64,000 nt of DNA from a virus. Taxonomy: Duplodnaviria > Caudoviricetes. The notes under the pieces were generated by a model. That model was given only the letters and a program-made list of their open reading frames with translations, did not search any database and had not been told where the DNA came from. Below are positions 1 through 9,791 of the stretch, in pieces; the stretch's first letter is position 1, and the number at the start of each line of letters is the position of its first letter. The stretch covers positions 7,061-71,060 of the IMG/VR virus record IMGVR_UViG_3300037067_021960; one strand, written 5' to 3'. The translations under genes and the position numbers were made by a program.

Positions 1-1
1 T

Positions 2-505
2 GTGGGTCCGGATACGGCCTTCGGCGTAGTACTCGCGGCTCGTGATCGGCGTTCCCTCACCATCGCCCCACTCAATGAAGTAGAAATCGAGGTCCGCACC
101 CCACTGCTCGACCGAGATTGTCATCCCCGCGTGCTCGCCGAGGCGGACGTAGCCACGTGGATTCTCCACCGGCACGATCACGGCGTCGTGCTCTTCCTCA
201 CCAATGAAGATGCGCACACCGTAGACCCCTGCCTGCTTGTAGTAATGCGAGTACACGCCGACGCCGCGGACGATGGTGTACGCGTCCTTGTCAAATGAGT
301 CGCCCCAATGCACGTCGCCTCCGGCCGTCGCAACATACACCTCGACCCAGCCGGAGATGACGCTCTCAACGGTCAGGATCCCACCGTCGCCCGTCCGTGC
401 CGCATCGCGCCCGGAGAGCCCAAGGATGTCGGTACATCCACCGACCAGGAACAACACCGCGCACAGCCCGACCACTGCCCCTAGAACCACCGCTCTTCGC
501 ATCAT
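2..505 (-). CDS. Lipoprotein with PKD-like motifs (partial, runs off the left edge)
   Basis: Manually translated, not in the ORF track: MMRRAVVLGAVVGLCAVLFLVGGC (lipobox-like), then HWGD..YSHYYKQAGVY and IEWGDG motifs. Confidence 0.7.
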   Translation of the reverse strand, partial: MMRRAVVLGAVVGLCAVLFLVGGCTDILGLSGRDAARTGDGGILTVESVISGWVEVYVATAGGDVHWGDSFDKDAYTIVRGVGVYSHYYKQAGVYGVRIFIGEEEHDAVIVPVENPRGYVRLGEHAGMTISVEQWGADLDFYFIEWGDGEGTPITSREYYAEGRIRTH

Positions 506-536
506 CGTTCCCCCTTTTCACGTCTCACTGAGTTGA

Positions 537-1214
537 TCATACAACCTCGAACGCAAGCACCCACACCCATGGGTTCGCGTCCCGACCGCGACCGCGCTCG
601 GCGTACATCTCGTCCCACAGATCGGAGAACTGACCGGACGCTGTGAAACTCCAATCCACAACTGGAGGATGACCATCCCCAAACCGCGGATCGATCCCCT
701 CCGCCCGGGCATCAGCATCGCTGATCTCCTGGATCCGCTCCGCTCGCACATCCATGTACAGCAGGACCGTGCGGCCAGCCTCGGTCGGCATGTGGATCGA
801 CGAAAGCGTGTCGCGCTGCCACCGCCACGGAATCGGCTCGCCGGTACGCAGGCTCACGACGAGCGCTCCGTCATCGGCGTAGTGTGCGAGGCCGTCCTTG
901 CCCCGCTTCAGCGGCTCAGGCATCACGCGGAAGTCGCCAATCTTGCCGTAGTCACACCACAGCCACCGCTGCATGGCCAGGACATCTTGCCTGCTGAGGC
1001 GCGGACCACGATTGGCCCAGAAACTGCGCAACTTAGCTGCCTGGGCGTCCGTCAACTCAGGCTGCAGTTTCATCGGCCGCCGCGTCTGCGTCTTCCGCCC
1101 CGTACGCACCGCATCGCGCAGCTCGCGGACAAACGGCGGCGTGCGGCCAGCGATCTCGAGGCCGTGGTAGAGGAGAACCTGTTCCCCAACACACCTACAT
1201 TGCGGCGACATCAA
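537..1214 (-). CDS. ASCH/PUA-like phage protein (start uncertain)
   Basis: GRKTQTRR, SIHMP, VRAERIQEISDADARAEG and NPWVWVLAFEVV motifs typical of this phage family. Confidence 0.8.
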   Translation of the reverse strand: MMSPQCRCVGEQVLLYHGLEIAGRTPPFVRELRDAVRTGRKTQTRRPMKLQPELTDAQAAKLRSFWANRGPRLSRQDVLAMQRWLWCDYGKIGDFRVMPEPLKRGKDGLAHYADDGALVVSLRTGEPIPWRWQRDTLSSIHMPTEAGRTVLLYMDVRAERIQEISDADARAEGIDPRFGDGHPPVVDWSFTASGQFSDLWDEMYAERGRGRDANPWVWVLAFEVV

Positions 1215-1390
1215 GTACTCCTCCTGTAGAGCCTAAGAAGTACGCGCTTCCACTGGTCGTACTCCTTCATACCACGGACGATTCCCGGCTCGACCGTCCA
1301 CACCTCATCCGTGAGGAACGTGTCGCGTGACAGCCATGCCCACCGACCTCGTACCCAAGAGAACAACTGCGCTTCCGGCAGCTCAGGCAT
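1211..1390 (-). CDS. Small hypothetical protein
   Basis: MPELPEAQ... fills the gap between neighbouring minus-strand genes. Confidence 0.45.
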   Translation of the reverse strand: MPELPEAQLFSWVRGRWAWLSRDTFLTDEVWTVEPGIVRGMKEYDQWKRVLLRLYRRST

Positions 1391-1394
1391 CAGA

Positions 1395-1598
1395 TTACTC
1401 CTTCTCCTGCCGCGCGCTGGCTGCACTCCATCCAGCATCGAACGCAGCTCGCAGTCTTTTGTCCAGGTCGTCCCATAATGCATGATCTCCACTGATTGGG
1501 AACTTAGGCAGAGAGCATGCCCGGCCTTCCGAAGAACGCTTCCACGCTCTCCAAGCCCTTTCGTACGGGGTCTGCACGCGCGATCGTCCGTCAGGCAT
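1395..1598 (-). CDS. Small hypothetical protein
   Basis: MPDGRSR...AFDAGWSAA; abuts the upstream gene. Confidence 0.5.
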   Translation of the reverse strand: MPDGRSRVQTPYERAWRAWKRSSEGRACSLPKFPISGDHALWDDLDKRLRAAFDAGWSAASARQEKE

Positions 1599-1600
1599 CA

Positions 1601-2197
1601 CTAGCACCTCCCCGGACCGGCCGGCCCCGAAGGCCCCGCTGGCGGATCTACCTCGTACACGGTCCGCGACTGCACGATGTGGCCGGGAACAACGGGAAGC
1701 GGATCCTTCGCCAAGATTGCCTGCATCTCCGCGCTCCCCTCGAGCGTCATAAGGCGACGTAGCGTCTCGTAACGCACATGCGGCACGGCCAGGTGCTCGA
1801 CGATCTCCTTGGGCCACGGAACGTCAGTGTCCCGCATGCGGTGTTGGTGTTCCGCCTCTTCCTTGGTGAAGAGCCGTGCCTCACGAATGTCGCAGACGTA
1901 CCCAGCGTTGTTCTTCGCCCACCACACAGTGCAGTTGCCGCAGACCGCACCACGACGTGTGTCCTCCATGTAGAAGAGCTCCCCCAGGGCAACTTCGAAC
2001 ATCCCGAGGCATGTCTGTTTGTCGAACCCAAGGATGATGGGAGACTGCCATCCTGCAGGGAGAAAACTCACCCCAAACCACGTACCGTGGTCTTCGGTGA
2101 TCGTGCCCTCCATGCCTGCGTGGACCTGCTCCTTGTACTCGATGTCGCCCGACAAGAGACGCACCCGCGTCCCGACGACGATGTCGCACCTATCCAT
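1601..2197 (-). CDS. Hypothetical phage protein (SH3/KOW-like N-terminus)
   Basis: VGTRVRLL N-terminus; WWAKNNAGY...ARLFTKEEA...DVPWPK motif. Confidence 0.7.
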   Translation of the reverse strand: MDRCDIVVGTRVRLLSGDIEYKEQVHAGMEGTITEDHGTWFGVSFLPAGWQSPIILGFDKQTCLGMFEVALGELFYMEDTRRGAVCGNCTVWWAKNNAGYVCDIREARLFTKEEAEHQHRMRDTDVPWPKEIVEHLAVPHVRYETLRRLMTLEGSAEMQAILAKDPLPVVPGHIVQSRTVYEVDPPAGPSGPAGPGRC

Positions 2198-2540
2198 CCC
2201 CCACCACCTTCATCACGAGCCCGCGGCGGCCGGGCAAGGCCGCCCAGGTAATCTCCGTTCCGAACGTCAGCCCGACCATGTGCGCGATCGCGATCGGCAC
2301 GGTAGCCCTGAGCGACCTTCGCTCGCCTTCGATCGATGGGTCGAGAACGACGACGACGTTGCTCGCCCCTGCTGCGGCTTGTTTCACCACCCGGAGAACG
2401 AGCGTGCCGTCGACGCCCTTGCCCGGCAGCTCGGCCGCGAGGTGCGTGCCGCCCTCGATCCCTTGGCTCTCGCAGAGGTCACGCGGCAGCGTCAGCCGCA
2501 GCGTGCCACCCGTCGTGCTCGAGCGCGTGATCCTGTACAT
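2190..2540 (-). CDS. Tandem AbrB/MazE-like DNA-binding protein
   Basis: Two repeats: TLRLTLPRDLCESQGIEGGTHL and SLRATVPIAIAHMVGLTFGTEI. Confidence 0.65.
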   Translation of the reverse strand: MYRITRSSTTGGTLRLTLPRDLCESQGIEGGTHLAAELPGKGVDGTLVLRVVKQAAAGASNVVVVLDPSIEGERRSLRATVPIAIAHMVGLTFGTEITWAALPGRRGLVMKVVGDG

Positions 2541-3960
2541 TCGCTCCCTGTGCTCCTTCACCGTTCGCCTCCTGCATGCTGCTCTCGGCAGAGATCCCCT
2601 CCGCAGGGTGCGACACGATCTCTCCTTCCTCGATGACGATGCCCGTCCCCTTGCCGGGCTCCGCGACGACTTCCATGAGCACTGTGTACCCCCGTGCGAT
2701 CGCTCGCTCGACAATCCGCTGGCGCTTGGTCTCGTCAAGTAGCGAACCTGCCTTGATCCGCATGAACTTGAGCCGTGGGTTGAGCGCCATGCCGATGTCG
2801 ACGCTCAAGTCGATCAGCTCGCCGTCCGAGCACTGGTCGACGGGGATCCCGCGACACGTCACGAGACCGTCGTCACTGATCCCCATCCCTTCGACGGGGA
2901 TGTTGGCGCGGTCGAGCATCTCACGCCGCTGACGTCGCAACTCGCCAAGCTTCTCGTCCAGCGTCTGCCACGTCCGCTGCTGCTTCCCGAGCTCCTCGGT
3001 GAGAGCCTCGCTCCGCTCGCGGGCCCGCAGGGCATGCTGGTACGCTTCGTTGATCTGCGCTGCGCTCTTCAGCTCTTCCTGGAGTGGCGTTGTGTCCACG
3101 TCGATCAAGCTGGCCACGTCACGAGCGAGTCCTCTCTGAATCTCGTCGTCCTGGTCCTGGTCGTGGCGCAGCTTCTCGAGCTTGTGCGTCAGCTGGGCAA
3201 TCGACTCCTCGACCTCGCCAATCGCCGCCTTGCGCGTGGCCATGATGTCTTCGAGCCGCTGCAGTGCCGCCCGGCGCTCGCCGTGGGCCTTGTTGATCCG
3301 CTGTGCCTGCGCCAGCTGTTCAACGAGACCGGAGACATCCACGGCAGCCGCTGGCGCTCCCGCAGGTATCGGCTCCAAGGCACCCGCCTGAGCCTCCAGC
3401 CGATCGAGGAGCACTTTCGCGTCGTGGCGCTCCTTGTAGAGTGCCTTCTCCCGCGACTCAAGCTCGCCGAGGCTGATCGGCAGGTGGACAAGCTTCTCGA
3501 AGATGGCACGCCGCTTGGCCTCGGACATCCGCCCGAACTCGACAGGATCGAACGCAAGGTCCCCAGTGAAAGTGTCGAGGAGGGCCTGCGGTGCCTGCTC
3601 GTCTTCCTTCTTGTTCGCCGCGCGCACCGAGAGGCGGATCCGCTCGCGGTCGAGGATCGTCTTCTTGACCTCGTACGCCGTGGTCAGCCCGGGCCCCTCA
3701 AGCCGGAGCCACACCTCGGCACGCTCCGCGCCCTCGCGCACCGGCATCGGATCGATCCCGCGGTCCCCCGTCAACGCCCACGGGATCGCATCGGAGAAGC
3801 TCGACTTTCCGGCGCCGTTCGGGCCGCTGATGATGATCAGCCCACCATGCGGAAGCTGCGCCTCCGCCTCCTTGATGCCCTTCAGGTTCTTCACCCGCAG
3901 CGCGGCAACGTACAGCGCGCCCTGGTTCTCCGTTGCGACAGCCTGAGCCCCTTGTGTCAT
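2479..3960 (-). CDS. SMC/RecF-like AAA ATPase with coiled coil
   Basis: Walker A GPNGAGKSS, long coiled coil, C-terminal signature (CSDGE) and GSLLD. Confidence 0.85.
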   Translation of the reverse strand: MTQGAQAVATENQGALYVAALRVKNLKGIKEAEAQLPHGGLIIISGPNGAGKSSFSDAIPWALTGDRGIDPMPVREGAERAEVWLRLEGPGLTTAYEVKKTILDRERIRLSVRAANKKEDEQAPQALLDTFTGDLAFDPVEFGRMSEAKRRAIFEKLVHLPISLGELESREKALYKERHDAKVLLDRLEAQAGALEPIPAGAPAAAVDVSGLVEQLAQAQRINKAHGERRAALQRLEDIMATRKAAIGEVEESIAQLTHKLEKLRHDQDQDDEIQRGLARDVASLIDVDTTPLQEELKSAAQINEAYQHALRARERSEALTEELGKQQRTWQTLDEKLGELRRQRREMLDRANIPVEGMGISDDGLVTCRGIPVDQCSDGELIDLSVDIGMALNPRLKFMRIKAGSLLDETKRQRIVERAIARGYTVLMEVVAEPGKGTGIVIEEGEIVSHPAEGISAESSMQEANGEGAQGANVQDHALEHDGWHAAADAAA

Positions 3961-4047
3961 GTCCTACACCACCACCTTCTCATCCTTCAGCCAGACGACG
4001 TCGATGTCACCGTCCTCCCGCGTTGCGATCCTGACCCCAGTGAACGG

Positions 4048-4218
4048 TCAATCCTTGATGAACTCTTCGATCGGTTGCGATGCTATCCCCTCGAGCAATT
4101 GAACCCGCATAGGATCGACGATCGCCACAACGTGCGGGTGGCAGTTGTCGTTCAGCCACTTCACGAGCGGAGCGGCTACTGCTCTCAGCTCTGCGAACTG
4201 CTTCTCATTGAGCCTCAT
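4048..4218 (-). CDS. Small phage protein (56 aa)
   Basis: Manual translation MRLNEKQFAELRAVAAPLVKWLNDNCHPHVVAIVD...EFIKD; GGAG RBS and promoter upstream. Confidence 0.75.
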   Translation of the reverse strand: MRLNEKQFAELRAVAAPLVKWLNDNCHPHVVAIVDPMRVQLLEGIASQPIEEFIKD

Positions 4219-4240
4219 TCCGATCTCCCTCCTCTGTACC

Positions 4241-4270
4241 AGTATAACCTCACAAGAGGTTATCCGACAA
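4241..4270 (-). promoter_or_regulatory. Sigma70-type promoter with palindromic operator (site A)
   Basis: TTGTCG-18-TATACT; perfect ATAACCTC-ACAA-GAGGTTAT at 4244-4263. Confidence 0.75.
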
Positions 4271-6517
4271 CTCTCCCACCATCGACGACACCAGGCCGCC
4301 GAGGATGCTCGTCCCGTCTGCCTCTCCGCCCTCAGTGGCTGCGTCGACGACGGCGCGCTTCTCGTCGATCAGCTTGGCGATCCGCTCATCGATCGTCCCT
4401 CTGCCGACCAGGTACCAGCAGTTCACCGAGTCGGTTTGGCCGATGCGGTGACAGCGGTCCTCTGCCTGGTCGTGGTCCGCCGGCGTCCACCCGAGCTCGA
4501 CGAAGACGACGTTCGACGCCGCGGTGAGCGTGAGGCCCACTCCCGCGGCCTTGAGCGAGCAGACGATAAGCCGGCAGCGATCGTCACGCTGGAAGCGGTC
4601 AACGCTCGCCTGGCGCGCGGCCGCGTCGTCCTCGCCAAGTACGTGCGCGGCATCGCGGAACTTCGCAAGGAGCGCCTTCTGCACGTCGATGTGGTGGGCG
4701 AATACGACGAGCTTCTCACTCGTCTCGAGGAAGTCCTCGATCCACCCGCCGACGGCCGCGAGCTTGCCATCTGCCGACAGACGCTTGAGGACCTCGATCT
4801 TCACCATCTGCTCGGCCTTCGTCGCCCGTGCCGCCTTCTCCTCCGAGGCGTTGTCGCGCAGCCAGGCGACAACATCGGCCTCGGCTTCCCGGTACTCGTC
4901 CAGGTTGTCGATCTCGACCTCGACCATCGACCGTTGCTTCGCCGGCAGCTCGCTGAGCACGTCGGCCTTGTTCCGCCGGATGTAGCACGCCTCGCGCATC
5001 CGTTGGTTCAACTCGCTCAGGTTCGATGCCCCGGACAGGTCCCAGCCCCACTCGCCCTTGTACGCGTCGCAGTACCGCTTGGCGAACGGCCAGAAGCCGC
5101 CGAACTCGTCGAGCCGCCCGAGGATGCCGAGCTGACTGATCAACTCGACCGGACGGTTGAGTACCGGAGTCCCCGTGAGGGCGAGGCGCACCTCGGCGTG
5201 CGCGGCGATCGTCCGTGCCGCTTTCGAGCGGACCGCGCGCCCGTTCTTCAGGTAGTGCGACTCGTCGAACACCACCGCCCGCAGACCAGCCTTCATGAGC
5301 GCGTCCTTGTGGCTCGACAGGATGTCGTAGTTGATGACGAGGAGGTCGGCTTCGTAACTCGCCGCGCGCTTCGTCCCTGCGATCGTCTTGATCGACCGCG
5401 CCGGCAGCCATTTGATGGTTTCGCGGATCCAGTTCAGCTTGAGCGACGCCGGGCAGACGACGAGCGCCGGAAACGCGTGCAGGTGTTCGAGCGTCGCGAG
5501 GGCTTCGACCGTCTTTCCAAGCCCCATCTCGTCGGCGATGAAGCAGCGCTTGGCCCGCGCCGCGTACGCGACCCCCGCCTTCTGGAACGGACGGAGCGTC
5601 CCGCCGAGGCCGGCAACCTCGAACTCGTCCCCCGTCGCCCGCGATGCCGCCTTCGCCTCCTCCCGCTCGACGAGGGCCCTGGCGATCGCCTCGTGCACCT
5701 CCGGCGCCACGTCGAACTGGTAGACCTCGGCGACTTCCTCAAGCGCCTTCACCGCTGTAGGGATGAGCTTCACCTTCCAGGCGTGGACTATCTTGTCCCA
5801 CCGCGCTCCCGGGATTTGCCGCACCGCACCGACGACACGCTCGTCGAACGGGAAGCGGATCTGCGCCACGCCGTCGCGATCAAGGGTCACCTGACGCGGC
5901 AGGATCGCCTCATCACCAAGCGTCCAGGCCTCCGTCGGCTGCACGCGGGCCCGCTCTTTGGCTATCTCCACCCAAGCTGCGACCTCCGGCTCGATCGTGA
6001 AGCCGAACGTGTCGGCGAACGCCTCAAGACCGAGAAGGAGCTCGTCGGTGCGCGGGACGATCCATTGCTGCGAGCCCTGACACCAATGGCGCCCGGGCAT
6101 TGTCTTGACCGCGGCGACGAGCACCTGATCGTATGGGAACCGTAAACGAATCGCCTCGCCGGAGTTGTCGATCGAGATACGGCGCATCGCCTCGGGATCC
6201 GCCGCCCACGGCACGGAGTCGTCTGGGTATGGGATCTCGACGATGTCGATGCCCGCCGCTTCGACCTGCCGGCGGTACTTGAGGACCAGCTTCCAGCCAC
6301 GCTCTGCCTGGCGCTTCGTCCACTGCGCCGGGTCGAGCTCAGCCAGCGTGTGGCCGAGGTAGACGTCGGCCATGCTGAAACCCTGGCCATCCTGCGCTCG
6401 GGCCCCGTCGCAGCCATCGCGAACGACCTTGAGTGCCCGCTGGATCGCCTCGACCGTCGAGTTCGACTGTACCGCGGAGAAGAGGTCGCTAGCTGTGGCC
6501 GTACGCTCGTCAGGCAC
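4250..6517 (-). CDS. SNF2/SMARCAL1-like helicase with N-terminal accessory domains
   Basis: ADEMGLGKT, DESH, LTGTP and QAEDRCHRIGQ motifs; two N-terminal repeats RFP(Y/F)D..V.AV+..PG..W. Confidence 0.92.
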   Translation of the reverse strand: MPDERTATASDLFSAVQSNSTVEAIQRALKVVRDGCDGARAQDGQGFSMADVYLGHTLAELDPAQWTKRQAERGWKLVLKYRRQVEAAGIDIVEIPYPDDSVPWAADPEAMRRISIDNSGEAIRLRFPYDQVLVAAVKTMPGRHWCQGSQQWIVPRTDELLLGLEAFADTFGFTIEPEVAAWVEIAKERARVQPTEAWTLGDEAILPRQVTLDRDGVAQIRFPFDERVVGAVRQIPGARWDKIVHAWKVKLIPTAVKALEEVAEVYQFDVAPEVHEAIARALVEREEAKAASRATGDEFEVAGLGGTLRPFQKAGVAYAARAKRCFIADEMGLGKTVEALATLEHLHAFPALVVCPASLKLNWIRETIKWLPARSIKTIAGTKRAASYEADLLVINYDILSSHKDALMKAGLRAVVFDESHYLKNGRAVRSKAARTIAAHAEVRLALTGTPVLNRPVELISQLGILGRLDEFGGFWPFAKRYCDAYKGEWGWDLSGASNLSELNQRMREACYIRRNKADVLSELPAKQRSMVEVEIDNLDEYREAEADVVAWLRDNASEEKAARATKAEQMVKIEVLKRLSADGKLAAVGGWIEDFLETSEKLVVFAHHIDVQKALLAKFRDAAHVLGEDDAAARQASVDRFQRDDRCRLIVCSLKAAGVGLTLTAASNVVFVELGWTPADHDQAEDRCHRIGQTDSVNCWYLVGRGTIDERIAKLIDEKRAVVDAATEGGEADGTSILGGLVSSMVGELSDNLL

Positions 6518-6845
6518 TCGCTCTCACCCTCTCTTTCTTCGCACGCTTCCGTTTGGGCGTCGAGACAAGTTCCCTCACAGCGAGTTCTCGCGGCGTAAGG
6601 TCCAGCTTCGGCTCCGTCGCTTGGGCTGGCGTGACCACAGCAGCCTCCTGCCAGCGGTATCCACAACGGTGACAGCGGCGATCGATGAAATCGGCCTCGA
6701 CGCGTAGGTGCCGCCACTCGACCTTCTGCTGGGTCGCGTAGTCGAAGCGCACCTGCGATCCAGCGCCGACGAACAGCGTCGCGACAGAGTCGCCACCGCA
6801 CTTCGAACAGGTCGCGTCAGGATCGAAGGCAGGCAGAGCAGTCAC
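6510..6845 (-). CDS. Zn-ribbon hypothetical protein
   Basis: CSKC...CHRC. Confidence 0.6.
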   Translation of the reverse strand: MTALPAFDPDATCSKCGGDSVATLFVGAGSQVRFDYATQQKVEWRHLRVEADFIDRRCHRCGYRWQEAAVVTPAQATEPKLDLTPRELAVRELVSTPKRKRAKKERVRASA

Positions 6846-6867
6846 GTCCTCACTCCAGTAGCGCGCT

Positions 6868-8064
6868 TCATCCCTTCACTACGCCAAGCGGTGTGAGTTT
6901 GACGATCGCCTCAACAAGATCTGCCTGGTCAGCCATGACTCGCTCGATTGGCTTGTAAGCAGCGGGTGCCTCGCTCAGGTCGACGGGCCTACCGTAGCGG
7001 TCCTTTCCATCAGTGATGTCGTCCCAGCCTGAGAAGACGACACCTTTCATTGACTCCCGGCACTCCTCGACGGTGTGTGTGCGGTTGAACTCAGCCCGGC
7101 CAGATGCCCGCCCGGCACCGTGGCTGCAACTCTCGAACGAGTTCTTGTTCCCGAGGCCGCGGACGATGTAGCTCGTCGTTCCCATGCTGCCGGGGATGAT
7201 GCCGATCTCGCCAAGCTTGGCAGATGTCGCTCCCTTGCGGTGGACCCACACGTTGCGACCGAAGTGGTTCTCGATCTGCGCGTAGTTGTGGTGGACGTCG
7301 TAGGAATTTGCATGGCCGCAGAATCCGAGGACGTCGATGAACTCGCTGATGACGACATCCATGATCCTGGCGCGGTTCTCCCTCGCAAACGCAAGGGCAA
7401 ACTGCATCGCGTCGATGTAGTCTTTCGCCTCCGGCGTCCCGATCGGTAGGAAGGCCAGGCTGTCGTCACCCTTCCCGGGAGGTAGCGAAACATGCCAACG
7501 CTCGCACAGCTTGGATGCCGTCGCGACGTAGTGCTTCGCGATCATTAGCCCGAGGTGGCGGCTCCCACTGTGGACCATCGCCCAGATGTACCCGTCACTT
7601 CCTTGCTGGATCTCGATGAAGTGGTTCCCGCCACCGAGCGTTCCAAGCTGGTAACGAGCCGACTCTGATTCCTCGCGCACTGCCTCGACGTCTGGTGCGT
7701 TGTCGAATCCACCCCACTCTTGCGGGCTCTCGTGGTGATCGAACCCAACAGGGACACGGCGTTTGATTCCTTCCAAAACGGCACGCACATCGTCTGTGTT
7801 CATCGGGCCGGCGTGTAGCCTAGCTGCTCGCATCCCGCACCCAATGTCGACGCCAACCGCGTTTGGGATCACGGCACCTTCGCACGCGACTACCCCGCCG
7901 ATCGGCATCCCGTACCCGCTATGGCAGTCGGGCATCAGCGCGACGTGGTGGACCGTGACAGGATGGTTGGCGAGGTTCATCGCTTGCTCCATCGCCTTCG
8001 GCTCCACGTCGGCGCACCAAGAGAAGATCGGCAGCCTTGTGTTTCCTGACTTCACAAACAGCAT
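6868..8064 (-). CDS. rtcB: RtcB-family RNA ligase
   Basis: MPDCHSGYG.PIGG, VGVDIGCG, GTLGGGNHFIE, HHNY, VHRKGAT, IIPGSMG, SCSHGAGR, EAPAAYK. Confidence 0.95.
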   Translation of the reverse strand: MLFVKSGNTRLPIFSWCADVEPKAMEQAMNLANHPVTVHHVALMPDCHSGYGMPIGGVVACEGAVIPNAVGVDIGCGMRAARLHAGPMNTDDVRAVLEGIKRRVPVGFDHHESPQEWGGFDNAPDVEAVREESESARYQLGTLGGGNHFIEIQQGSDGYIWAMVHSGSRHLGLMIAKHYVATASKLCERWHVSLPPGKGDDSLAFLPIGTPEAKDYIDAMQFALAFARENRARIMDVVISEFIDVLGFCGHANSYDVHHNYAQIENHFGRNVWVHRKGATSAKLGEIGIIPGSMGTTSYIVRGLGNKNSFESCSHGAGRASGRAEFNRTHTVEECRESMKGVVFSGWDDITDGKDRYGRPVDLSEAPAAYKPIERVMADQADLVEAIVKLTPLGVVKG

Positions 8065-8065
8065 C

Positions 8066-9163
8066 TCATGCCACCTCCGGGGACTCGTTCCACTCACGCC
8101 CGTCGAGCAGTCGGCCAGCGGCCTTCTTGCCGACCTTCTCCATGAGCCAGGTCTGCGGATCGCTCGGCTGGCCCTCGCCGTCGCGCCAGATGTGGCCGCT
8201 GGAGTCAACGGCCTCGAGGGCGCCACGCTCGTCCTCAGCGGCCTCGTCGCGCCTTCCGTGGAGAGGCGTTACGGGTTCCCAGTCTCCGTGGCTCTTGAAG
8301 AAGAACCGCACGCCTGCTGCCTTGCACTGATCGCGCAGGCTCCGCGCCCAGTCCGGGTGAAGCGGCCGCGCGCCGGGGCCGGTCTCGCCGCCGCAGATCA
8401 CCCAGTCGAGGCTAGGGAGCGCCTCGAACTCAGCGGGCTTGATCCCCAGGGGCCCGCCAGGCGTTTCCACAGCCAGTGCGCCGTGCCGATTTGACTGCGC
8501 GCGATATACACCGCGGAGAGCCACCGCTTTCGGATTCAACACACCGAAGTCCGCACGGACCATCCCGTGGAGACGGACCCAACGGCTTGAAACCCGCGGG
8601 CAACAGTCACACGTTTCCGAGTTCAGGCCAAGGTCCACGGGCCCCAGTAGTGGCTCGCAACTCACGAACCGCTTCGCCGCGGGCACCTGCAGAAGCACCG
8701 GGATCCGCTCGTCCGCCGCTGCCTGGTTCTCGGCCGTCACGCCCACCCACACGTTTGGCAAGAAGTCCCCGCCGCCGAGGAGTCGCGGGCTCGTCCCGAT
8801 CTGCTCGTAGAGCTTGGCCTGGATGTTCTGCGGCCGCTTCGTGAGAACGAGGAAGCAGTGCTGGCGGCACTGTGACATGACCTCGAACACGTCCTCGACG
8901 AATTCTGCTGGAACGTCGTCGTGGAACAGATCCCCCATGCTCACGACGAACACGCGCTGCGGCTTCTTCCAGTGCAGCGGCTCGTCGAGACGCTCGGGGT
9001 GCAGTGTCACTCGGAACGGCTCGTCTGCCAGGTACCCGTACCTCCCCCGGAGGCGCTTCGCCATCCGCGCTGCGTAGCAGTGGTCGCACGCCGCGCTGAC
9101 TGGCGTGCATCCAGTCACGGGATTCCATGAGGCGGTTGCCCACTCAATCTTCGTCGCGCCCAT
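8066..9163 (-). CDS. DUF5131 (Gp37/Gp68) family protein
   Basis: TKIEW...WNPVTGC...CDHCYA, SMGDLFH, LTKRP, FVSCEPLLGP, WVICGGETG, FFFKSHG. Confidence 0.92.
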   Translation of the reverse strand: MGATKIEWATASWNPVTGCTPVSAACDHCYAARMAKRLRGRYGYLADEPFRVTLHPERLDEPLHWKKPQRVFVVSMGDLFHDDVPAEFVEDVFEVMSQCRQHCFLVLTKRPQNIQAKLYEQIGTSPRLLGGGDFLPNVWVGVTAENQAAADERIPVLLQVPAAKRFVSCEPLLGPVDLGLNSETCDCCPRVSSRWVRLHGMVRADFGVLNPKAVALRGVYRAQSNRHGALAVETPGGPLGIKPAEFEALPSLDWVICGGETGPGARPLHPDWARSLRDQCKAAGVRFFFKSHGDWEPVTPLHGRRDEAAEDERGALEAVDSSGHIWRDGEGQPSDPQTWLMEKVGKKAAGRLLDGREWNESPEVA

Positions 9164-9170
9164 CAGTCCG

Positions 9171-9335
9171 TCACGACCTTCGCAACACAGGCCACGTTAC
9201 AACCTCATCCGAGTAGTCCGGATCCATTCCGTAGATGCGCTTCTTCTCTTGGACTGCGAAGATCGGACACGCCGTGATCCGGTTGTCCTGTGTCTTCAAC
9301 TCGTGCGCAATGACCTCCAGCTCTTGATCAGACAT
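9171..9335 (-). CDS. Short, possibly truncated phage protein
   Basis: TQDNRITACPIFAVQEKKRIYGMDPDY motif followed by an early stop. Confidence 0.5.
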   Translation of the reverse strand: MSDQELEVIAHELKTQDNRITACPIFAVQEKKRIYGMDPDYSDEVVTWPVLRRS

Positions 9336-9534
9336 CCTTTCGCTCACCGCCTTCCTTGGCCATCTCCGCCGCACTCCGCAAAGGGCTCTTCCCGGGTTTG
9401 AGGATGTGGTTGTACTTCCCCTCGCGGATCCGCTTGGTGATGCACGTTATGCAGTACCCGCTGTCGGTGGCCCCGCCTTTGCCGCAGCGCTTGCACTCCC
9501 TGTCTAGGTCGATGTTGATCGTGAACTCAGCCAC
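9328..9534 (-). CDS. Small Zn-finger protein
   Basis: CKRC...CITC. Confidence 0.6.
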   Translation of the reverse strand: MAEFTINIDLDRECKRCGKGGATDSGYCITCITKRIREGKYNHILKPGKSPLRSAAEMAKEGGERKDV

Positions 9535-9791
9535 CGCCTACCCCCTCCCCACGTGTTGCTCAAGAGTTGCGGCACCGGACGGCTTACCCAGGGTGACTGG
9601 ATGCCATTGTCGTAGACGTAGTCCATCTCGTCGCGGAATTGCCTGTCGCTTGAGCAGTAGCCGCAGTGCCAGAACCACCTTGTTCCGCGCGCCTTCGTCC
9701 AAACCCGCACGATCGTCCAGCCCTTACGGGACGCAGCCCGTGGCGCGGGAGTGCCGCAGATCAGGCAGCGACGCGCTTCTAGCTGCATCAC
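9504..9791 (-). CDS. Small Zn-finger protein
   Basis: CLIC...CGYC. Confidence 0.5.
   Translation of the reverse strand: MMQLEARRCLICGTPAPRAASRKGWTIVRVWTKARGTRWFWHCGYCSSDRQFRDEMDYVYDNGIQSPWVSRPVPQLLSNTWGGGRRWLSSRSTST

Noticed and set aside
3964-4050. Protein-like in-frame sequence after the TGA of the 56-aa gene (possible read-through or alternative code)
   Set aside because: TGA terminates many other genes here normally; single instance
4145-6145. Long plus-strand ORFs (also 3034-4527, 25459-27198, 43136-44845, 54575-56203, 56942-58513)
   Set aside because: Antisense shadows of GC-rich minus-strand genes with no motifs
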